From Callorhinchus milii (Eukaryota): a DNA stretch of 64,000 nt. Positions within the stretch are counted from its first letter, which is position 1. Each line of letters opens with the position of its first letter. The notes below the pieces were generated by a model. That model searched no databases. It worked only from the letters and a program-made list of their open reading frames with translations, and was not told the origin of the DNA. The DNA lies in assembly GCF_018977255.1 (NCBI RefSeq), contig NW_024704757.1, positions 6,882,001 to 6,946,000 on the forward strand. The letters run 5' to 3'. A program made the translations under genes and the position numbers. This document shows positions 1-11,187 of this stretch, in pieces.

Positions 1-3000
1 CGGAAAAGAACCTTAATATCATGGCTTCAGGGAGCACAGTTGGTGATGGCGATGGCAACAGAACAGCCAACGGAAATGGATCATCCAACCAGTTTGTGGT
101 TGGAAACGTCAGCAATAATGTAGGAAACGGAAGTATTAATGGGTCTTGGGGTGGATCCCGTGGCCCTTCATCAAGCACATGCCAGGCTTTTGCAGAAAAC
201 CTAGATGGCAAACTGGAAAATGGCCGTGGTAAACTGAATGCTTGGGGCAGCTTGGGCTCCACAGCTAGTGGGTCCCTGAATCCAAATGCCAACTTGGGTG
301 CCTGGCCGGTGTTGGAAAACGAAGTAAACCCTGTGCAAGGACCTGTGGCAGGTTGCAATTCAGGCACCAATATACAACGTAGCACTGTAGGTCAAATGCT
401 GAATAACGCGAGTGTTAACTTGGGACTATCTTCCCATGCCTCCTGGGGAGCAGTGCAGGAGAATTCTGATGCAGAAGTTAATGGTACAAGGAAGGTTTCA
501 TTCAGTGGACAACCTCAAAACCTTAACACTGAAATGAATGGACCAAATAACACTACTAACCCTTTGACCTCTAGCTTACCAAACTCTACTAGTTCAATGC
601 AGACAAGTGAACTGCCTAAAATGGCGGGGCCTGGAGCCTGGGGTGCACCCTTGGGAATGAGCACAGTAAATGCATCTCAGCTTCAGGCCTCTTCAGCTAC
701 GAATGGCACTTCCGTTTCTCAGCTTGGCAATGGCGGAATCAGTGAGGGAATGAACAGTGGGACTTATGATGCGACTTGGGGCACATCTGGCACTAACTAC
801 GCTGGAGATAAATGCCTGAGCAGTAACATGGGGCAAGCTAGTGGCGACACTGTGAATGCAACTCCAGCACAATCTTCTATTAATGGATCGGGGAGTACCG
901 CTTACAAAAGTAATGGGGGAAGCAATAGAGGAGGGGTCACCTGGGAATCCGGTGTGGTCAACTCCCACAATCTAGCATGGGGAGCAGGGAACAGTATGGG
1001 CTCTGGAGGGACTCGAAGAGTCTGGGGTGGAAACCTAGCAACTAATGTAAACACTGGCACTAATGTCTCAAACGGGGAATGGAACAAACTGCCTAACAAT
1101 CATTCCAATAATGGTCTAAATGGAAATGGTAATAGGAAGGGATCAAATGGATGGAAAAGTCTAGATGATACTCTTTGTGGTCAGAACTCTAGTACATCAC
1201 AGTTGAACGAACAGAACAATATATGGGCCAAAGGTACTGCCGATAGTGAAGGGAGCACAGAGAGTACTGGGAGTCGCCACGACCGGGCGAGCGTAGGCAG
1301 TGGGGATGCCAACAGCACGGGAGGCAGGCGTGGTGAGAAAAGGAAACCTGACCAACCAGGGTCAGCCCAAAGTATTCTGAGTAGAACTGACTTGGACCCA
1401 CGGGTCCTTTGCAACACAGGTTGGGGTCAGACTCCAATCAGACAGAACACTGCCTGGGACACTGAACCATCACCCAAGAGTGATCGTAAGACTGACATTG
1501 GAACAGAGGCCTGGGGGGGTCACGTTTCCCAGACTTCAAACTCAGGTGGGTGGGGGGATGGACCTGGCCCAAACAGTAATGATACCTCATCAGTATCTGG
1601 GTGGGCGGACCCAAAGCCTACTAAAGTCTCTTGTAACACAGGCTGGGGAGACACCAAAGGCTCGAGCAGTCAAGGGGGGTGTGAAGATAATTCTGCTGCT
1701 ACAGGAATGGTCAAGAGCAATCAAACGTGGGGAGGGAATAAGGAGGAGAAGGTCAAACAGGGATGGACTGACGGACAGAAATCTAACCAAGGTTGGAGCA
1801 TGTCTGGAGGTGATGGATGGGGAGAGAATTCAAGAACTAGCCACTGGGGGGAGCCACAGAAGGCGAACTCGGGTGCCTGGGAAAGGGATAGGGATAGTGA
1901 TGGTGATAGGTCTGTGGCTGGCTGGAGTGAGCCTGTCAGGCCAGGTTCTGGCTCGTGCACGTGGGCAGGTAGCAACAATTCAAACCCCAATCATACAAAT
2001 GGCTGGAGAGAGGCAGCCAAACCCACTCCATCCCCGGGGTGGGGGGAACCGGGTAAACCCACTCCATCCCCAGGGTGGGGGGAGCCGGGTAAACCCACTC
2101 CATCTCCAGGGTGGGGGGAACCGGGTAAACCCACTCCATCCCCAGGGTGGGGGGAGCCGGGTAAACCTACTCCGTCCCTGGGGTGGGGGGAGTCAGTCAA
2201 ACCCACTCCATCCCCAGGGTGGGGGGAGCAGAGCAAACCCACTCAGTCCCCAGGATGGGGGGAGCCTGGCAAACCCTCTCCGTCCCCAGGGTGGGGGGAG
2301 CCGGGCAAGCCCTCTCCATCTCCAGGGTGGGGGGAGCCGGGCAAACCCACTCAGTCCCCAGGGTGGGGGGAGCCGAGCAAACACACTCAGTCCCCAGGGT
2401 GGGGGGAGGCAGCCAAACCTACTCAATCCCCAGGGTGGGGGGAACCGGGTAAACCCACTCCATCCCCAGGGTGGGGGGAGCCGGGTAAACCCACTCCATC
2501 TCCAGGGTGGGGGGAGTCAGGCAAACCCACTCCGTCCCCAGGGTGGGGGGAGCCAGCTAAGCCAAACAACTCTCCGGATTGGAACAAGCAACATAACAGC
2601 AATGGTTCTTGGGGACCAGGTTCCACCACAGCTAAACCCGCTCCCGGCTGGCACAGCGGCCCGGCCCCAGCAAAGGAAGACGAGCCCACAGGCTGGGAGG
2701 AACCTTCTCCAGAGTCTATCCGTCGCAAAATAGAGATTGACGATGGGACTTCGGCTTGGGGAGACCCAAACAAGTACAACTACAGGGGTGTGAACATGTG
2801 GAACAAAAACGTGCAGAGCAGCAGCAACGCTTCAGACCAAGCGGCGCAGGCACAACCACTGCAGCAGCCACCACCACCACCAGTGCAGCAGTTGCCACCA
2901 CAGCAGATGCCAGCGCCGAGTACCATGCCAAGCAAGGAGAACGGTGGCAGTGGTGAGTTTTATTACCTATGGCCGGGTGGTTCACGTGGCATTTGACAGT

Positions 3001-6000
3001 GGGGAGGAAGGGGGCAAGGTGGAGGGATTGAGGGAGAGAGTTCCAGAATTTTAGGGGGTAGTGGCTGAAGGCATGGCTACCGATGGTGGAGGGGACGAAG
3101 GACAAACAGGAGGTCGGAGCCAGCCCAGCAGAGGCAGCAGGTGTTCAGTAATTGGGAGCCAGTGGAGCCTGGAAAGGTTTGGGATGATGGGGGGACGGAG
3201 TTTTCTTCGGATGAGAATCCGGGTGACAGAGTTGTTAATTAGTTGAACATTGTGTATGATGGAGCTGGGGAGACCAGCGAGGAGGGTATTGGAAAAGTCC
3301 AGCCGGGAAGTGACAAAGGCGAGGACGAGCTTTTCAGCAGCTTTTGTTGTGAGGTATGGATGGAGGAGGGCAATGTGGTGGAGGTGGGAGGATGCCAGTC
3401 CTGGTCAGGGAATAGATGTGGGGTAGAAAGAAAAGCTGGGGATGGAACCTGACGCCAACGTTGGCACTAGTTCAGAGAGTCTGAGGGACAGGCTGGGGAG
3501 TTTGAGGAGTTCAGACCCGCAGGAGAGAAGACGTTGATGGGAGCCAACGAGTATGAGCTTCCATCTTGCCGACATTCAACTGCAGGAAATTTGCGCTCAT
3601 TCAGGTCTTGATGTACGTTAAACAAGCTGACAGGACATCAGTGAACTTGGAGTCACATCTGGAGGAAGAGAATAGATCTGGGTGTCATCCACATACATGT
3701 GGAAGTTGCTTCCGTGTCTGGGGATGACATCCCCAATGATGGAGCCTTGGGGTTCCCTGCAGGTGACCAGGCGGGGGAGAAACCATTTGTGGAGATTTAC
3801 TGTTGCCGGTTAGTTAAGTAGGATTCAAGCGCTGCAATAGTATTATTATTACTTATGTAGCCCGCGGACATTTCTCAAATAGGGCTTCCGGCCTGCGACA
3901 GCCGAAAGGTTGGATCACCCTGACCGAACACGTGTGGGCTTTTAGCAGTTTAAAGAAACTCAAATGACCAGTCTGATCTCACTTTCTAGTGCTGCTGGAG
4001 AAATATTTCTAACTTTCTAACCCTCTAGAGATGACCAGAACCTGCTAAGTGTTCAGACAGTTCGCTCTGTGCATTTGTAGATGTTTGTGCTCAGAGTTTG
4101 AGACTCACTCCCAAGGTGCTTGCTGTTCACTGATGCTTGTATTATTAAAGGATGTTTATTCTGGGGCTCATGGGAGGGGACGCCTGTCCGGAAATGTCCA
4201 CTGTGACTGACCTTCAGCTTGCATGTGACCTGAAGCCAATGGTGAAAGTTTGACAGTTTGAAAAATGTTTGTTGTGTTAACTACTGGACTGTCAACCAAG
4301 GAAAGTCAGTCACCTTTAGTTGTAGACAAGACAGAGACAGATGAATGTCAATGCTCCCAATGCACTGTTTGGCCAAAGCTCTGAATGTTACAGTCTGTGT
4401 ATGGTTAGGTAGTTGAGGGTGAAGGCTATTCACTATCCGAGCAGGAGTTTCACAAGGGGAACTGGGGAAAGCCAGCAAGGCAATGCTTTGAACACTCAGC
4501 AGGTCAGGCAGAATCTATGGTGAGAGGAAAGTGAGTTAACGTTCAGCTCGGTGACCTTTTGGTCAATGTTGCAACGGTGCATTTTGTTTGCTCTGTAAAA
4601 CCTACAAATAAATAGATGGTAAAAATAGACGTGCGTGGATGAGATAGAGCTTACCTTAGAGGAAATTGAGGGAGATCTGATGCTGATTGTGCCTTGGTTA
4701 AAAAGTACTTTTGGATTCCTGTAGCATAGTGGTTAGAGCACTCACCTTGCAAGTGAGAAGAGCCGAGTTAGATTCCCGGGCAGGTTGGGCAAGTTTCCTT
4801 ACTCCACACGCCTCTGTTTACCTAGCAGTAAGTAGGAATCTGGTTGTTAGTTGATTGGCAGATTGCTTTTCTGGGGGTAATAATCCCTTCAAAAAAAAAT
4901 TCTTTAAAAAAGCAATAATAATGTGGTCACTAATCCATGACTGTTTGTGGGACACTGCTGTGTGCAATTGTTGCCACGTTCCGCCCACAAAATATACAGT
5001 CAATTTAGGCACTTTATAGTATATTCTGTGAAGCTTTCGAGACGTCTCAAAGACGTGACGAGGCACTATGTCAAATGCAAGGATTCTTATTACTGTTATC
5101 AGCACCGATCATTCCTTCCCTCAGTTTCTGGTTCCTATCGCGGGGCTGCCCAGCGCAGGATTCCGGTTACTGTTCCCATTCATTTATACATCAGATAAAC
5201 CTGACTGACGGTGCCTGGGTGTTCTTGCAACCTTTGGGCAATAACAAGACATTGAGCAGCGAAAAATCCTGTGAAGTGCTTTAAGACATCTTGCAAAGAT
5301 GTGATGAGGCTCCATGTCAAATGCAAGGATTGTTATTACAATGAGTAGGAATAGACTACAACAACAACAAGATTACATTTGTATAGTGCCTTTCACGTCC
5401 GGAGGATGTCCCAAGGCGTACAGCATTTCAGACCCAAGCTGGGGTTGGGGGGCGGGGGGGGAGAGAAGGGAGGGGAAGGGGGTGACCAATGGCATGGTCA
5501 AAGAGGAGGGTTTTGAGGCGGGACTTGAATGAGGCTAAGGAGGAGGCGAGGAGGAGTGATTGGGGGATGGAATTCCAGAGGTTGGGGGCAGAGTGGCTGA
5601 AGGCTCTCCTGCCAATGGTGGGGCGGGTGGGTTGGGGACGTGGAGCAGCCAGAGCCGGCTGAGCGGAGGTTGGTAGGTTGGTAGGGGGTTAGGAGGTCAC
5701 AGAGGCGGGATGGGGCGAGACCATGGGGGGCTTTGTAAGTGAGGATCAGAGTCTTGAACTGGATCCTCTGAAGGACAGGGAGCCAGTGGAGTCGGGGGAG
5801 ATGGGGTGACGGAGTTTGGTGCGGGAGAGGACACGGGCTGCAGAGTTCTGGATTATCTGCAGCCTGTGGAGAGAGAACGAGTGCCTTGTACAAAGCTATT
5901 ATTCAGGCAACACACTAAATGGCGTCATTGTGTGTCGCTGCCAAATGTTGCCGTTGTGACAAGGCTGAAGTCTTGGTACCAGTTCATTTTGCAAAGGAGC

Positions 6001-9000
6001 TTAATGCTTAGGTGATGATTAATATTTTAAGGGCTCTCTTGGAATTGATGAAAATTGGTAACTGATGTGCTGCGGAGACCGAGGGCATTGGTTTGCTTCA
6101 TTGATTGGAATAGCAGAGTCCCAGTGTGGGTGGCTTGAGAGTAGAGAGGTCAGTTTTGCTCTACCCGTGGGACAGTGGATGCCCGTGGCTTTGCTGGTAC
6201 TTGCACCGGGTTCCGAGATGCTGGAGTTCCAAGGTGCAGGAGAAATGATCCAAGAAATTATCTGAAGAGAAAGAAAGGTTTTCCAGAAGAATATGTCTGT
6301 AAAAGGTAATTGATCGTTTTCCACAGCCTGGGGACAAAATAGTGGCTGCTGTTGAGTGGCTATGATAGTCCTGGGTGGAGAAATGGTTTGCTTTGTGATG
6401 AGCTAATCACGTCTGTTACTGTGGTCGTAACTGATCGTGTTCATACAGGAAGGACTTGGACAATAGTGGCACCAAGTGGCTGCTATAGAGATTGCACTCA
6501 ATGCAACATTAAACGCAGGGAGGGGCATGTTGGAGAGGGGAAGGGGTTACATGGAGGGGGAACAGTGGGAGGGTCGAGACTGTGAATTGGTGGGGCTTGA
6601 CACTGGAAGACTAGAACAAGGATAAAAGCAAGAAGGTATCCATCTGACTCTTCAATTCCTACCAAAGCCCCTTCTGTTCCCAGACTAAAGCACTCTGAGA
6701 TGCCGTCTAGCGTGAAGAGCCCTATATAAATGCAAGTTATTTTTCTTGTTGACTGACCTTTCATCTACTGTTGGAGCTCTGGGATGTTACCCTGCATGAG
6801 CTGGGCACTATACGAATGCAAGTTGTTGTAGTTGTTATTGGTGCAATGCTCCAGTGCACAGCACAGTGTCGGAGGGGAGGGGGAAATGAAGCTGGAACCT
6901 CGATGAAGAGTAGATCCATTGTGGGGTTTGGGGGAAGCAACAGATGGAGTGTCACGTTTTAGTGAACAGGCCGTGGAAAATATTCTCTTTGTGGGTGACC
7001 TGCCTTTTCCCGCTTGTTGTGTTGAGTCGTGAGACATTTATGTCTAAAATACCGTCCATGATCCACTCACCACTCGGTCCATGAGTACCGAGTGTCTCGT
7101 CTTCAGAAGGATATCAACTGGGCTTTTTTTTGTTTTTCCTTTTATTTACTGAAGGTTGGGGAGAGTCTTACGGCGTTCAGACAAAGCCAGAGGCTTGGGG
7201 AGACTCGTCCGCACTAAGTGCGCCAATGGACAATGGAACCGCAGCCTGGGGACAGCCCATGGACACCGGATCATCCGGCTGGGGAGAGTCACTTAATGAC
7301 CGTGCTGGTACCTCTGGTTGGGGCAACACTCCCGCTGCCCCACCAACTACAAACAGAGCGGGTAAACCTCCTCCCTCTTACTAAATTTAACACCGGTACA
7401 ACTATTGGACTTTGGGCACAAGTCATTGTGGGCAGGGCCTCGGGGTTCAGTTTCCCCAAGGCCAGCACTGGTGTGACTTGCTATTAATCGAGACAAGCCA
7501 TTGTGTTCAACATCAGTTGGCACTCTGGTTGTAAGTGCTACTTGTTAATCCTCACTCTGCTCATTGCATGCAGCCTTTCTTCATGAACACTTGCTGTAAA
7601 CTCTATGCTGCCACATACATGACCTGAACAACTCTTTTGATTTCCCCCCTTGCTCCCGTTACCCTCTCTGATCCAGGGGTAAAGCAATTGGCCTGCACTC
7701 TGGCACTGGTGTCATTCCTCTCTGGAGGGAGAAACTGACTGCCCAACATCAACACCCACAAATTGAACTTGTTTCATCAATCTGATAGTAGGTGGCAGTC
7801 AGCACACACAGGCAGGCAATCTGTCCGTCTATACTGGGGTTTAATTGCAGCAAAACTGTTTTCTGTGTGCGTTGCATGCCATTAACCGATGTCCATGAAG
7901 TACTTATAGAGCCGTTGGTAGTTGTTCAGGCATCTGAGGTGAGTGACTTGGCTGAGGGCTGAGCTGCTGGGAAAGAAGCAAAGTCCAGATAGTGCAAGCC
8001 AACATTGATGCTGTCTAACATCAGCTCAGCTTGGCTTTAATGCTCTGTTCTTTCCAGGCCCCAAACCTATGCAAGATGGCTGGTGTGCCGAGGAGGCGTC
8101 TGTGCCAGGGACCCGGCACTCCAGCTGGGAGGAGGAGGAGGGAGATGTGATGTGGAACAACAATGGCTCACAGGACAACAACGCTACAAACTGGGCAGCA
8201 AAAAAGATGGCGCAAAAGGTAGGCCTCATGGGTCTTGGTGCCAACTTGATGAATTATGAACTGTATGTTTTCATCTTATGTCTGGAATGCACTGCCTGAA
8301 AGGGCGGTGGAAGCAGATTTGATAATACCTTTCAAAAGGGAATTGGATAGGTTCTTAAAAAGGAAAAATGTGCAGTTCTATGGGGTAAAAGCGGGGGAGA
8401 GGGGAATAGTTGGATAGCTCTTTCAAAGAGCCAACACAGGCACGGTGGGCCGAATGGCCTCCTCTGTGCTGTATGATTCTGTGATTCCGACATATTAACC
8501 GTGTTTTTGCAATGCACTTGTTCCACTACCATCACTGCCACATTAATTACGAGGATGTCCCAGCGCCTTGGGATGTCCTCCCGACGTGAAAGGTGCTGTG
8601 GAAATATAATTTGTTGTTGTCTCTGCCAGCGGGGCAGCAGTAATGCAGTGGGGGGATGTGTGCTCGGTGCCCCCTCACCTGCTGCTGATCTCTGAACTAG
8701 TTAATGTGTTGTGAGAGCAGAGGAAGCAGAAAGTGGATGTGTCTGAGTTAAGGCGGTTATGATAGTGTAGATCATGACCTGTGTGTAATGTGCAGGTTGT
8801 GTTCGTAATGTGTATGAGGTTTTAGCTGATGAAGTGTCTCTTTTTTTAAGCAGGGAACAATGAAGATGGGGAACAAAACAGAGGAAGTATGGATGAACCA
8901 ATTAATGAAACAATTCTCAAACATTGGATTTGCTGTGAGTACAAAGGGATACCTGGAGCCTTCTTACTCTCTCTCTCTCCCACACACACAAACATACTGG

Positions 9001-11156
9001 ACATTGCTGCAGTTTGAATCTTTTCCAGTTTGCTTCCAGATTAACAAAAGACAAATACTGCAGCTGCTGGAAATCTGAAATAAAAACAGAAAAGGCTGGG
9101 AACACTCAGCAGGTCAGGCAGCATCTGTGGAGAGAGAAAAGTGAATTAACGTTTCAAGTCGATGACCTTTCATCTCTGATCTGACGAAAGATCATCAACC
9201 TGAAACATTAACTCACTTTCCTCTCTCCATAGATACTGCCTGACCTGCTGAATATTCCCAGCCACTTCTGTTTTTGCTTCCAGATGAGCCAGATTCTAGT
9301 CGCGAGTTGGAGTGAAGGACTGAGTTGTATATAACTCTGATGACTGTTGCATCAAGTTCTGTATATAATGTGGGGTCAGGACGGACTCCAGGACACCGAT
9401 AACACTTAAGACTTCTGGTGCTGATTAACTGGTCCCAGTGACTCCTGCCTTCAGTGCAGCACAGCGTCCTGGCGATGCTGAGCAGCCAACAGCCACTCTA
9501 TACCGCTGAGGCTGATTTATGGGTTTACGGGCTGAATTCTATTCTGGGTTCAAACCTTACATCGTGGTTGAGGCTACGTCTAATAGCGGGGATTTGGATT
9601 TCATTGTGCTGTGGAAGCACACGTGTCTAGATATTTCCCGAGGCTTGTTATTGTTCCTCGATTATTTTTCTGTTAGTTTTATATTCTGAATGTTTTGTGT
9701 TATTGTTGCAGAGGGACCCTGTTGAAGAAGCAAAGAGCAATAAGATGGATCTTCCTGTGGGTAAGATGGCGTTGATAATAAATTCATCTTCCTTACTCTC
9801 GTTATCAGCTTTCAGACAAGTCAAACAAACGATGTGGGAAACAAATCCATGAGCTATCCCCCCTTTTTAGGTATGTTAAGAGACAAGAGACTGGAGCTGG
9901 ACAAGCACGGACTAAATGTTGGCGAATATACTGGCATTATCGGGAAAGGGCCGGGTTCTCGCCCCCAGATTTCCAAAGAGTCTTCCATGGATCGCAATCC
10001 TTACTATGATAAGGTCAGTTTTGCTCATTGTACAGAGAGGAATTGCTTAGCTTCTGTGCGAGTTTGAGAGACTAAGCTTGTGTATGAGGAGGCACAATGT
10101 GAGATTGAAGGCTTGTGAGACACTTGTGAGATGAGCGCGCTGATCACTACGCTACAAGGATTCTACTATAATGAGATTCGGGGTGGGGAGGGGGGGGTAC
10201 TATTATTGGCACTAATAATAATAACATTTGATATAGTGCCTTATCATGTCAAAACTTATAAGAGTTACTCTGGCAAATGAGGGGAAGAAGAGGGAAGGGG
10301 AGTAACATAACATGTAGGAGTAGGCTATTCGGCCCTTTGAGCCTGCTCCGCCATTCAATCATGGCTGATCTTCTAATCTAACTCCAGCTAAGAAGGGAGC
10401 GAGGGAGGGTGAGAGCAAGACTAGACCAGCTATCTGTAGAGCAGCCTGAAAATCACTTTGCTTCTATGTTTGTGAATGTGTTGTGCTATGATGTTTGCTG
10501 CTTGTTTTGTGTGCACTATGTGGTTTACATTCCTGGTTGCCACTGGGCTGTACACAATGCAGCTGTTTGTGTTGGCTGGTGAGTCTTGCCTATAACTGTG
10601 CCTGTCCTTGTCAGCTAGCTATTAACTAACCCCATGTTTTTTCTCTTGTTTCTGCCCTTGCCACCGCTGCCTCTGCTGTGGGCTCTGCTCTGCGTGTGTG
10701 CCTTTTCCAACCCTCTTGTGTCCCCACCACCGGTTCGTGTCTGGGTACTTGTTGAACTTACTACTGTCCAGCTGTCTTTGTCTCTGTCACATCAAGACGG
10801 CATGCTAGCTGAGGAGCCCCAAACCTTACCATACATGTCCACACCAAGCACGAAGCTGCTCCCCTCAAACAGTGCACTACCTAATCAGGCCATGGGCTCA
10901 ATGGGGCTGGGCATGCAAACCGGGAACCCTGGCCGACAGGTAAGCCTGGCAATCACCACTCCACAGCCTCCTCGCAGGCTCCCACTGCAACTGTGTTCAC
11001 TTACAGCAAATCCCAGCACAATTTCTTCTTTTCACCCCTTTTTAAAAAATCTTTTGTTTTTTCTTTGTTGTTTGCCCATGCACCCACACACCACACACGC
11101 ATCGCACACACCAGACACACATCGCACCACACACATAAACACACACATCGCACCAC

Positions 11157-11187
<31 letters not shown>

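Noticed and set aside
2001-2576. 36-bp repeats (also 36228-36407) as a CRISPR array
   Set aside because: Head-to-tail units with no unique spacers, inside vertebrate coding exons, and no cas genes.
1480-2733. 417-aa overlapping ORF in another frame of the TNRC6A exon
   Set aside because: Largely explained by a stop-free tandem repeat and GC-rich codons; no recognisable domain or splice support.
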